A DNA stretch of 64,000 nt, taken from assembly GCA_965219995.1 (NCBI GenBank), contig CBDCOX010000002.1:3840001-3904000 (forward strand). Direction: 5' to 3'. This DNA is from Candidatus Latescibacterota bacterium. Lineage in GTDB: Bacteria; Latescibacterota; UBA2968; GCA-2709665. Numbering within the stretch: the first letter of the stretch is position 1; the number at the start of each line of letters is the position of its first letter. The translations under genes and the position numbers were made by a program. Below, one piece after another: positions 39,652 to 49,151 of this stretch. A model generated the notes under the pieces. The model was not told the origin of the DNA, did no database searches, and was given only the letters and a program-made list of their open reading frames with translations.

Positions 39652-40686
39652 CTAAGGCCACGCGGGCGCGGACGCCACCTGTACGATTCCGCCGTTTTCG
39701 ATAGACTCGTGCCAAGCGTCCAGCACGGCCGTTGCACGCCATCCGTCCAGCGCCGTCACGAAAGGCGCCCGATCCTCGATCACGGCGTCCACAAAGCTGT
39801 TCACGCACGACGGAAACGCGCCCACCCATTTGTCGAAGACTTTATAGTTCAGCAATGACCGCGGCCATTTGAACTTCTCCTCGGTACTCATCTCTATCGC
39901 TTCGGCCTTGCGGTCCAGACTTACGTGCCCCTTTTCGCCGATGACCTGCATGAAGGAGTCGGGCATCGACGGATGGGTATTGGGATAGATCCACGCCGAC
40001 TCGAACGTGGCGACGGACCCTCCGTCGAACTTGACGAGCCCCTGCAGCATGTCGTATGCATCGATGCCTCTGGCCGTGAGCACCTGTTTGATGCCATAGC
40101 CGTGGACCTCGACCGGACTCTGATCGAACCACCAGCAGATCAGGTCGATATCGTGCGCCGACAGAAACCAGGCGGGGGAGGACTGCGCCGACCACGGCAG
40201 CATCTCCGTAGGGACGGAGATGGGATTGTTCTTGCGCGCGTACGCCATCAGCGGTTTGCCGATTTCCCCTTCGCGAATCATATTCCACGTGGCATTGTAG
40301 GGCGCGAGCCACCGGTGGTTATACGAGACCTGGAGCTTCAGTCCGGTGCGTTTCACGGCATCCACGATTTCCGTGGCTTCGTCCAGATCGGTTGTCATCG
40401 GTTTTTCCACGTGCACGTGACAGCCGGCCTCCAGGCACGCGATGACGGGGTCGCGGTGGGCCCAGTCCGGCGTGGCGATGTAGACCATATCCAGGGATTC
40501 ATTCTCCAGCATCTCCCGGTAGTCCGCATGACCGGCGGAAACCGAATACTCGGCCTGCGCCTTGCGGAGCTTTTCTTCGTCGAGTGTGCAGAATGCCGTC
40601 AACTCGACGAGCGGATTCCGGTGCAGGACCTGCGTCACGCTGCTGCCCATAATGCCAAGCCCGATCACTCCCACGCGCTGCGCCAT
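39652..40686 (-). CDS. Gfo/Idh/MocA family oxidoreductase
   Basis: VGVIGLGIMG, YIATPDWAH, VHVEKPM, YNHRW, AHDID. Confidence 0.9.
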   Translation of the reverse strand: MAQRVGVIGLGIMGSSVTQVLHRNPLVELTAFCTLDEEKLRKAQAEYSVSAGHADYREMLENESLDMVYIATPDWAHRDPVIACLEAGCHVHVEKPMTTDLDEATEIVDAVKRTGLKLQVSYNHRWLAPYNATWNMIREGEIGKPLMAYARKNNPISVPTEMLPWSAQSSPAWFLSAHDIDLICWWFDQSPVEVHGYGIKQVLTARGIDAYDMLQGLVKFDGGSVATFESAWIYPNTHPSMPDSFMQVIGEKGHVSLDRKAEAIEMSTEEKFKWPRSLLNYKVFDKWVGAFPSCVNSFVDAVIEDRAPFVTALDGWRATAVLDAWHESIENGGIVQVASAPAWP

Positions 40687-40765
40687 CTGCTTCCCTCCTC
40701 AACTCAGTGTTTTATCGTGAATCACTCACGAAAATTCTCCGTTTTCTCGCGCTTTTTGGTCTTTT

Positions 40766-40975
40766 ATCCTGTTCATCCTGTCTATCCATGTGAGTTCTGT
40801 TTTTGTGGATGATTCAGGTTGTAGCCTTTTTCGTGTGTTTCGTAGTTTCTGATGTTTGCTTTCTCGTGCTTTTGTCACGTTTTCTGATTTCATCCTGTTT
40901 ATCCATGTGAGTTCTGTTCTTGTGGATGATTCAGGTTGTAGTCTTTTTCGCGTGTTTCGTAGTTTCTGATGTTTG
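40766..40975. repeat. 87-bp direct duplication in T-rich intergenic DNA with ATCCTGTTC nonamer units
   Basis: 40772-40858 vs 40889-40975 differ at 4 positions. 40766-40797 matches the reverse complement of 61897-61928 at 30/32. Confidence 0.85.
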
Positions 40976-40998
40976 TTTCGATTTCCAAATGATCCGGG

Positions 40999-43900
40999 CT
41001 AATCAAACCTCACGAACGCCATCGGCCGAATCACGCAGGAGTCCCCGGGCCCCAGGTCGTAGATCACCGGCATGTCATCCGGCGCATTGGGCCACGGAAT
41101 CGCATCCCGCAGCACGAACCGGTGTCCGCCCTCGTCTCGCGGAATGACCCGCTCGATGGTGTGGAGCCGTTCCCTGTACGCCAGACGAGCGCCCTTCAGA
41201 TAATGGCATCCGGAATCTTCCGTATCCTCCCATTCCCGGTGGATCCACGTCCGGGTCAGCAGTCCGTCGTCCGTCTCAGCTTCGACGACGAACCGCCCGA
41301 TGTGCAGCCGCTCCGCGTCCAGCGAACACAGCCACCCGCCGCCCGATGCCTCGACCGACCGGATGGGGAAGTTGCACGCGTGGGGCGGGTTCGACACCAT
41401 CAGGGTCTCCCCCGCGGGGGGCGCCCCGCCGGTGTCCGACGTAACGCTCACCCGGCAGTTTTCCGCGTCCATATCCGTAATCCGTCCCCGCCATGTACCG
41501 GCGCCTTCTGCTTCGATGTCTCCGAGTCCCAGTCTGTTTCCCGACAAGCACGCCCACTTCGGCCGACCTGCGGCATCCAGGTTCAATACGCCGAAGCCGC
41601 CGTCCAGTTCGAGGTTGTCCTCGAAGACGGACACGCCGTCGTCCGCCAGCGCGCTGAGAACATAACATTTGCCATCCTGCCACGAAATCTCCAGGCCGAT
41701 CGCGTCTTCGCCGTCGATCAGATCCAGCCGCCTGACCCCCGTCAACCTGGGGTTCTTCCCATAGGTTTCGCAGACAACGGCGAACAGGCTGTTCAGGTCG
41801 CCCTGCCGGCGGCCCGAACGATTTCGCAGGAGGACGTAGTCCAGGTGCTCGGGCGCTCCCGGTCTTTTCGGCGTTTTGCCATGGGCTGTGATGACCTCCT
41901 GCGCGACGCCCTCCGGGACGATCATCCGCAGACCCATCTCCGCATCCCGCCATACGGCCTGGAATTCACCCGCGGGCTGCCCGCGCTTCACGTCGTACAG
42001 GTAGGAAAAGCCGCTGCCCCGGTACGAGTGGTAGCTGCGCTTGCCGTTCGTCCCCGGCGGGCCCGGCAGGTTGGCATGACGCTCCAGTTCGGGATCGTCG
42101 TACAGCTGCCGGAAGGGAACCTTCGGTCCGGCCAGCGTACCGCCCTCCTGGCGCTGGAACGAAACACCTTGGGTCGAAAAATCCCCGTCGAATCCGTGGA
42201 AGGAATAATCGTGCGCCCAGCCGCCCTTTAGGCGGAACAGGTCGACCAGGACCTGCAAATCCGGGGCCAACTCCAGCAGCGTCACGCCGCGCCGATACAC
42301 GTCGACGTCCAGGTAAGCCCGCGGCGCCGAGAGTTCCACGTGCTGCACGTGCGGGGCGGTCCCGAACCGTTCCAGACGCCCCTCGTCGGCCGTGTCCTGC
42401 CGGCTTTCGTTCACGACGACGGTGACGTGACTGACGGTATTCTTCTCCCAGGCCGGCGGGTCCGGGTGTTCGGCGGCGTGGCTGGGATAACCCGTATCGG
42501 GCACCACGCGTTTGCCGCCGGCGATGACCTCCAGATTCAAGCGGTCCCGGTGCGCGTGGCCGGCGTTGGCATGTCCGTACTGGAGCACCGCCGCCGTCTG
42601 GTGCTCCGCCCGGCCGCTTCGCAGGATCACGAATCCCACGCCGCCGAGGTTATCGCTCGTCTCCGGCCATTCCGGCAGATTGCCCGCGGCGTGTTCCAGT
42701 TCGGCTCTCGTCAGCGGCGCTTCGAACAGGTCGTCGTAGCTCCGGATCCCGCTTTCTTCCATTGCGCCTTCGTTCAGCAGCGCGCGCGCGTACTCGGGCC
42801 ACCCGTAACCCCGGAAGAACCGCCGAAGCGAGGACGTATCCAGCATGGGATAGGTTGCCTCCGCCCCTGTATCCGCAATGGCGGGCATCTTTCCGCCCCA
42901 GCACGCCAGCCGGCGCGACCAGTTGCCCAGAGAACGCACGTGTTCCCCCGGAAGCCGGCGTTTGTCAAGGCGCTTCAGGACCAGGTCCGTATCCAGCATA
43001 TACCGCGTCCAGCATCCAGCCGAATATCCGATGGCCACCTCGAACGAGACCCCGTCGCGGAACAGGAAGTTATCCAGCGCGTGATTCCAGCCCTCGACGC
43101 CGTACGCCCACACTTCCGTGTTTGGTCCGCATCCCGTGTACGTCTCCAATTTCCCGATCGCCCAATCCGTGAACAGGTCGTCGTCGATCACGACGAGCGC
43201 CTTCACCGCCGAGGCCTGGTGCAGCCCGTAGTTCCCCCGGATCTTTCCTTCCCAGATGTCCCGCACCGACTGCCGTACCAGGTTGTCTTCCACGTGCCGG
43301 ACCAGCGCTTCCGGTTTTTTGCCCAGAAACTCGTGTACGCTGCTCTCAACCTGCAACGCCGGAAACAGGTTGTCGTACGCCTCGGCATAGAGCCCGATAT
43401 TGAACGATTCCTGTACGGCGTACAGAAAACGGCCCGTATAGCCCACCTGATAGTTCAAGCCGTACCAGGACTGGTCGGCGTGGTCCATGGTCGGAAACAG
43501 CGCGGCCATCCTATCCAGCAGGATCGCACCCTTGCGGCCGTAACGCGCGTCTCCGGTCATCAGATACGCCCGCCCCAGGTCCTGAAGCGCCGGAATCAAC
43601 TGGTGCCAGAGCCGGTAACAATAGTGCGCGACGAACCAGAACCGGGACCGTCCGTCGCCGGGGTCCCAGCCAGAACCGTCGTCGGCGTAATCGCCGGTAA
43701 GCAGGGCGCGGTCCCCTGTCCGATAGAACGCCATAAAGTCGTTCGAAGGGTACTCCTCTCCGCCCACGGCGCACTTGATCTTCCACGGGCGGTTGAAGAT
43801 ATCCACCTGCCAGGGTCCGCCCGGCGCCTGGAAGACCGCCTCGCCATGGACGGGACATCCGTCGAACGAAGGCAGAAACCCCCGGAAGATGTCCGCCGGA

Positions 43901-44058
43901 GGCGGCAGGTCGCGTACGTACGCGTCGTCCAGTTTCGCCCAGACCTCCGCACGGGCGACGATCTCATCGGCTATCTTCTTCGCCGCGGGAAACCGGACCA
44001 CGTGGTCCTTCATCCTGCGGACCTCGTCCGCCGTATGCCATGTGCGACCGGTCTTCAT
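40999..44058 (-). CDS. Heparinase II/III-like protein
   Basis: IRGNYGLH, DGVSFE, PAIAD, ILRSG, GHAHRDRLNLE, PDTGYP, NTVSHVTVVVN. AAAGGA RBS before ATG 44058. Confidence 0.8.
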   Translation of the reverse strand: MKTGRTWHTADEVRRMKDHVVRFPAAKKIADEIVARAEVWAKLDDAYVRDLPPPADIFRGFLPSFDGCPVHGEAVFQAPGGPWQVDIFNRPWKIKCAVGGEEYPSNDFMAFYRTGDRALLTGDYADDGSGWDPGDGRSRFWFVAHYCYRLWHQLIPALQDLGRAYLMTGDARYGRKGAILLDRMAALFPTMDHADQSWYGLNYQVGYTGRFLYAVQESFNIGLYAEAYDNLFPALQVESSVHEFLGKKPEALVRHVEDNLVRQSVRDIWEGKIRGNYGLHQASAVKALVVIDDDLFTDWAIGKLETYTGCGPNTEVWAYGVEGWNHALDNFLFRDGVSFEVAIGYSAGCWTRYMLDTDLVLKRLDKRRLPGEHVRSLGNWSRRLACWGGKMPAIADTGAEATYPMLDTSSLRRFFRGYGWPEYARALLNEGAMEESGIRSYDDLFEAPLTRAELEHAAGNLPEWPETSDNLGGVGFVILRSGRAEHQTAAVLQYGHANAGHAHRDRLNLEVIAGGKRVVPDTGYPSHAAEHPDPPAWEKNTVSHVTVVVNESRQDTADEGRLERFGTAPHVQHVELSAPRAYLDVDVYRRGVTLLELAPDLQVLVDLFRLKGGWAHDYSFHGFDGDFSTQGVSFQRQEGGTLAGPKVPFRQLYDDPELERHANLPGPPGTNGKRSYHSYRGSGFSYLYDVKRGQPAGEFQAVWRDAEMGLRMIVPEGVAQEVITAHGKTPKRPGAPEHLDYVLLRNRSGRRQGDLNSLFAVVCETYGKNPRLTGVRRLDLIDGEDAIGLEISWQDGKCYVLSALADDGVSVFEDNLELDGGFGVLNLDAAGRPKWACLSGNRLGLGDIEAEGAGTWRGRITDMDAENCRVSVTSDTGGAPPAGETLMVSNPPHACNFPIRSVEASGGGWLCSLDAERLHIGRFVVEAETDDGLLTRTWIHREWEDTEDSGCHYLKGARLAYRERLHTIERVIPRDEGGHRFVLRDAIPWPNAPDDMPVIYDLGPGDSCVIRPMAFVRFD

Positions 44059-44228
44059 TTCAAACGTCCTTTCGTCCGCGCCATAGTCAACGTCGATTTC
44101 CGAAGCAGCAAAGTACACAGGAAGGGAACAAATGGAAAAGGAAAATGACCGGGCCGAATGCACCATGGGCGGACTGACGGGGTCCAAGAAACGCACGAGC
44201 GATACTGCGCCTTTCCCGTTGACACGCC

Positions 44229-44447
44229 TTGGAGGATTGTCCTGTGTTCGGCAGCGGAGACCGTAGGTTCAATCTGGGATTCGTGCTGGCGACCGCGGAC
44301 CGATGGCTGATCACGGGCGCGATGGCCGGCGTCGGGCTCGTCACCGAGTTCAGCGCGCTTAGGACCGCTGGGGTCCAACCCTTTACCCTGGCCATCGTTT
44401 CCACCACCGTCATCGCCGCGCTGGGCCTGGCATATGCCAATCAGTAG
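44229..44447 (+). pseudogene. C-terminal remnant of a YeiH/UPF0324-like membrane protein
   Basis: RWLITGAMAGVGLVTEFSALRTAGVQPFTLAIV resembles the YeiH C-terminal AMAAxGL..G.KP pattern. No N-terminal part is present. Confidence 0.5.
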
Positions 44448-44896
44448 CGGGTGGCAACGATCGAATCGCTTATTAGAACGGCATTTGTAATACAGTGTTA
44501 TGCGGTGTAATACGAATCGCTCGGAATCGATGGAAAAACACAGGGAATAAAGGCAGCTGATCCAGATAGGATCGGCTGCCCTACGATTATATATACACAA
44601 CATCCAAGGCGGCGATTTGTAGGCATGGGCGCGGTGCATCCGTTCAAATCGACAACGGGGTCTACACCGAACTTCGTTCCGGTAGGATACCGCTCCGCGA
44701 ATTGCTATCTGCGCAATTAGGACGGTTAAGTGGAAGGATTCTCAGTCGTTTCAGGGAAGGAAACCTGCTCTCAAGAGCACGTACGACGCACCGTCGATGT
44801 CGAAACGCATACGTGAGCTGCGATCAACCAATCTGTTTGGGATAATTGTTCGCGTGATGCCGATTGCGTGAGAGTCGGGAGGCCAGTACGTATTTC

Positions 44897-45922
44897 TCAT
44901 GACTTGATAGAATGGACGTTGGGCCCTTCGCCAATGACAGCTAGGATTCGATTCATCAACGCTTTGTGAAGACCTTCGTTAGTGTCCCAAACGACATGGT
45001 GATACTGTCGCGTATCAAAGTGGAGTTTGCACACCTTGTCCTTTCGACAAGTGCGAATTACAGGTATCGCTAAACCATGTGCGAATCCCGCTTCGTAGTA
45101 CACTCCACCTCTAGCTCCGCCGTCTCCGTGCGTGAAGTCGGCAACGAGGAATCTAGAACGTCTAATTTCAGCAATTATCTCATCATCGATTTTATCGACA
45201 TCTGGTTTCTGGTCAATCCTCATCGGCTTAAATCCAGTTTCCAGTACGGCTGGCCTGATCCCCGTCTCATATGCTTCCTGTACTTCATCAGCAAACCACA
45301 TAGCAATGAACGCCTGGTCTGTTCTTGGTTTCGCAGATTGTGTCGCAGCATGTTCATATCCATCGACGAGCACAGTACATGTCTTAGACCGTCCAGAAAT
45401 CTGAGCTTCGATCCAATCTTGACGGACCAAATATTCAGTCAAGAACTGAACCTCTTGTTCTGAAGTTGATTCACTCCAAGCCATAGCATTTTGTTCGGTC
45501 GGAGAATCGGGGAATTCTATCCACTGTCCGTATGAATCTCGCGTGCCTTCGTTGCCTATCTTAACCGGATATCCGATGTTGTTTGATCTGCTGATAATAT
45601 GCGTCAGTAGCCTGTCTGCCCTTTCGTGAACCGCCAAAGCGCGAGTGACCATGGCTTCTTTCACGAGCCCGGGGGTAACCAATGGGTTTTCTTCACCTTG
45701 CCCCCTCCTCTCAACGAGCATCGATGTGAGTCGGGCTCTTAGTCCATCGCATTCATCTTCACTGAGCCGTTCAAGTGAAAGTTTTAGCTGACCGACTGCC
45801 GCGTTTGTTATAGCGTAACCTCCACCTGTACGGGGACAATCGCGAATTGTCACCACAAAGTTGTCATCATGGGAGAACCCCGATCCAGGATGATCTGGCC
45901 AGATTGAATAGTCTTTCTCCAT
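44897..45922 (-). CDS. Protein with C-terminal nucleoside 2-deoxyribosyltransferase/TIR-like domain
   Basis: AFIAMWF, GFKPMRID, IDDEIIAEIRRSRFLVADFT, GVYYEAGFAHGL.IPVI, HFDTRQYHH. Confidence 0.72.
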   Translation of the reverse strand: MEKDYSIWPDHPGSGFSHDDNFVVTIRDCPRTGGGYAITNAAVGQLKLSLERLSEDECDGLRARLTSMLVERRGQGEENPLVTPGLVKEAMVTRALAVHERADRLLTHIISRSNNIGYPVKIGNEGTRDSYGQWIEFPDSPTEQNAMAWSESTSEQEVQFLTEYLVRQDWIEAQISGRSKTCTVLVDGYEHAATQSAKPRTDQAFIAMWFADEVQEAYETGIRPAVLETGFKPMRIDQKPDVDKIDDEIIAEIRRSRFLVADFTHGDGGARGGVYYEAGFAHGLAIPVIRTCRKDKVCKLHFDTRQYHHVVWDTNEGLHKALMNRILAVIGEGPNVHSIKS

Positions 45923-45978
45923 TGATATCACTACGGAATCCCTTTCAGTACGAGTAAGCCCCCAAGCTGCAATTTGGA

Positions 45979-48900
45979 TCAACCGTCCAGTATTTCCTTC
46001 AACGTCTCTTCTGTTTGCGGTTTGTCCTGCGGTGTTGTGAACTCGGGAGGTGTAAAGAGTGGGTTGCCTGGGGACCAGAGCTCCACGCTCTCCGCGTTTT
46101 CCTCGAAATATTTCGGATTGGTAGTCACTCGAAGGCGGTCGCTCATTCCCGGAGCCAGGAGGCCGTATTCTCGTTTGCTCAAAGACTGGACATCTGTACC
46201 CTGTGGCATCACGTCAGGCGACGCGATAACTCTGTCCAGATCAGCCATGGAAACAGGCGATGGACCCCGCCTAGGCATCGTGAGTTCTTCATCCGTCACG
46301 TCGTCGATATTGAAACCCCGTCCCTCGGTCTCTTCAGCCTGTTGTTCGATCTCGTCCACAACGCTGGCGCGTCGCAATGCGTCCCTTTCATCTCCCGAAA
46401 GCACGGTCCGTGATATTGTGCGTGGCAATTGTGCGAGAATAGGTTGCAGGCGGCCTACGACGGACTCGAAGAGTCCAATTCGGTTTCGGAGTGCCCGATA
46501 AACGTCCGTTTCGACGGTGCCATCATAATGGAGGTTTATGATTCTAATAGTCCCGTGTTCTTGTCCGAGCCGGTCGATGCGACCGATGCGCTGTTCGACC
46601 CGCATGGGATTCCATGGCATATCGTAATTGATCACGGCGCCGCAGAACTGGAAATTCAAACCTTCCGCCGCAGCGTCGGTGCAAAGGAGAATCTCGGCCT
46701 CTCCTTCCCGGAACCTTTGTTTGGCATGGTCGCGTGTAAGCCCTTTCCAGGAGCCGTCGTTTGACGGCATTTCCGCACCGCGTCCGGAATAGCACATCAA
46801 CGCCAAATCGCCTGCCTTGAGGAGTGCTTCACGAAGGAAGTCCATGGTATCTGTGTACTGGGTGAAGACCATTACCTTGGAATACCCGTCCTTGCGAAGG
46901 TCAGAAAGAGCTGTCTTGAGGTGCTGAAGCTTACTATCAGGCGGCAAATTGGAGATACTGTTGAGAAGGAATTCGATGTCAGCCGTTTCGGCGGCAGCGA
47001 GTGCCTGTCGCTCCAGTTCTTCTACTTGGTCGGCTTCTGGAACCTCGTCAGCTGCCTCGTCATCGGGAATGTCTTCTTCCAACGCTTCGCCACCGACTAA
47101 ATTGTCATTGGCAACAGCGTCGAGATGGCGTTCAAGTGTCGTACGCAGGGCGTGAAAACTACTGGCAAGTCGGCGACGGTAGATCGTCATGACGAATCCT
47201 ACTGCCGTTCGCTCCTTGGGGCTGGCCTGATTGTAAGTGCTGGCGATATAATCCTCGACCGCATCGTAGAGTGCATCCTCGTCGGTATTCATATTCAGAA
47301 AGCGATCTTCGACCCGGCGCACGGCAACAGGTGTTGACGACGGCTTACTCTTGAAATACCGCCGGAGCAGTTCCCTTGTATGCCGGGACACCAATCGCCG
47401 CAACGGTGTGTTCGCTCGCACAAGTTTGATTGCCGCCTTGCGCTCCCCTGTTTCCAGCCTGCGTCGCGGGATGCTGGCTTCATTGCGGAGTGCACGCAGC
47501 ACCTTGTTGACCCTTAGATTAGACATGCCCATTAGCCGTCGTACATCATCAACATCCGTTGTACCGTAAACACGTTCAACTGACCGGTAGAGCCGTGCCA
47601 TGCGTTCCATTGCCTCGGCTGACGGGTTTGGCTCTTCGGAGTCATCGAAAAAGCCCAGAAACGCGCTGTCAGTCCACTCCTGAGGAAGTCCGAGCAAATT
47701 CAGCAAGTCCCAGACCTCGATTGGATGCACCTGCATGGGGGTCGCGGTCAGCAGAATCAGCCCCTGAGTGCGATCCTTCAAACCCAGCATCAGACGCAGG
47801 AGTGCGTTCGGTCCGCCCTGCTGTGGCGTTCCTGCCGCTCGCCGACGGGCGTGATGTGCTTCGTCAAGCACAACCAGATCCCACGGCTCCGCCTCGAGCA
47901 GCGTTTCCGCACGGTCGCCACGTCGCATCAGTTGACTTGAGGCAATCACGACCGGTTCTCGATGCCATTGATCGGGCTCCACATCGCGCTCGTTGCTTCC
48001 ACGCAGGGCAGGTGATGGATACCTGACCATCCTGCTTCCGTCGTAGATAGGCCAATTCAGGTTGAATTTTTCACGTAGTTCTATCTGCCACTGGTTGAGG
48101 ATGGCCTTCGGCGCCAGGATCAGGATCCGTTTCGCCCGACCGGCGATATACGCCTGTCTGAGTAACATACCGGCTTGTATGGTCTTACCTAGGCCGACCT
48201 CGTCAGCGATCAGGAGTTTTGGAGGCCAATTGTGATACATGCGTTCATACGCCCTTACCTGGTGCGGCCATGGTACAACTGCCGATGTCGCTTCGCCAAC
48301 CCGATCGCCTCCATTTTGGAACGTAGGTGCTTGATGGATGAAAGACCACACGCGGCTTCTGAGATCACCAGGGTCGGGTACCGCCGGCGTTGGAGATTCT
48401 TTCGCCTCAGGTTTCGGCCGAGGTTTGGCACGCTTCTTGCCGAGCTTCTTAAGCCGCGCCGGTTGGTCGTCTTTGGGCATAAAGCGCATCAAGTCCTCAC
48501 GTACCGCGCCGGGCACGTCAAGTACGATTGTGCGGCGGGCCTGGCCGGACCAAATCCCTGCAAAGTTAGTTGCTTCTCGATCAACCCGCTGGTGATCCGG
48601 CCCCCAACTCGTGAAGACATTGATGCTTTCCCAATTGTGTTGCCAGCCTGCGGCCGTCTCGTTCAAACTGCCGTTCCAGGCGATCTTGTTTCCGTCGCGA
48701 TCCTCGATGATTCCGGACTTCTCATGGAAGATACCGTCCATCGGGATCGGCTTGCCATTGGTGTCGCAAGGTACGGCAACCTTTACATTCAGATGTTTGC
48801 GAGCGACCATCCATGCGAGCAACTCGAGTGCATCGGAGGACGCGTTGTCGGGTGGAGCTAATGGGACATCTGCTAATCGTCGCTCGATCAGGTCCCTGAG

Positions 48901-49149
48901 CCGCTCGCCTTTTTCGATCGCAACTATCTCCGGCGGATCCAGGGTGCAGCCGACTACGAGGCGCATGCGTCCGTCATTCCGGACGAGCCCTTCAATGCCC
49001 CGCGCGGCCAGTGACAGCGCACCGGCGCTGAAGTATCCGGTCAGCCGGTCGTAACGCTCGGCATCCTCAAGCGCAGGCAAATAAAACAGCCTGACGAGGT
49101 CTCCGTCATCAGGCGTATATTTGAGTCTCCATTTGTGATCGCTGAGCAC
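45979..49149 (-). CDS. SNF2-family helicase with N-terminal phospholipase D-like nuclease domain
   Basis: FHEKSGIIED..WNGSLNET (HKD-like), IADEVGLGKT, DEAHH, LLTATP, EGLNFQ, NYDMPWNPMRVEQRIGRIDR. Confidence 0.9.
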   Translation of the reverse strand: MLSDHKWRLKYTPDDGDLVRLFYLPALEDAERYDRLTGYFSAGALSLAARGIEGLVRNDGRMRLVVGCTLDPPEIVAIEKGERLRDLIERRLADVPLAPPDNASSDALELLAWMVARKHLNVKVAVPCDTNGKPIPMDGIFHEKSGIIEDRDGNKIAWNGSLNETAAGWQHNWESINVFTSWGPDHQRVDREATNFAGIWSGQARRTIVLDVPGAVREDLMRFMPKDDQPARLKKLGKKRAKPRPKPEAKESPTPAVPDPGDLRSRVWSFIHQAPTFQNGGDRVGEATSAVVPWPHQVRAYERMYHNWPPKLLIADEVGLGKTIQAGMLLRQAYIAGRAKRILILAPKAILNQWQIELREKFNLNWPIYDGSRMVRYPSPALRGSNERDVEPDQWHREPVVIASSQLMRRGDRAETLLEAEPWDLVVLDEAHHARRRAAGTPQQGGPNALLRLMLGLKDRTQGLILLTATPMQVHPIEVWDLLNLLGLPQEWTDSAFLGFFDDSEEPNPSAEAMERMARLYRSVERVYGTTDVDDVRRLMGMSNLRVNKVLRALRNEASIPRRRLETGERKAAIKLVRANTPLRRLVSRHTRELLRRYFKSKPSSTPVAVRRVEDRFLNMNTDEDALYDAVEDYIASTYNQASPKERTAVGFVMTIYRRRLASSFHALRTTLERHLDAVANDNLVGGEALEEDIPDDEAADEVPEADQVEELERQALAAAETADIEFLLNSISNLPPDSKLQHLKTALSDLRKDGYSKVMVFTQYTDTMDFLREALLKAGDLALMCYSGRGAEMPSNDGSWKGLTRDHAKQRFREGEAEILLCTDAAAEGLNFQFCGAVINYDMPWNPMRVEQRIGRIDRLGQEHGTIRIINLHYDGTVETDVYRALRNRIGLFESVVGRLQPILAQLPRTISRTVLSGDERDALRRASVVDEIEQQAEETEGRGFNIDDVTDEELTMPRRGPSPVSMADLDRVIASPDVMPQGTDVQSLSKREYGLLAPGMSDRLRVTTNPKYFEENAESVELWSPGNPLFTPPEFTTPQDKPQTEETLKEILDG

Positions 49150-49151
49150 GG

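Noticed and set aside
42340-44148. 602-aa plus-strand ORF and other long antisense ORFs (e.g. 12306-13451, 13498-14673, 32770-33948)
   Set aside because: Shadows of well-supported genes on the opposite strand, as expected in GC-rich DNA. No recognisable motifs.
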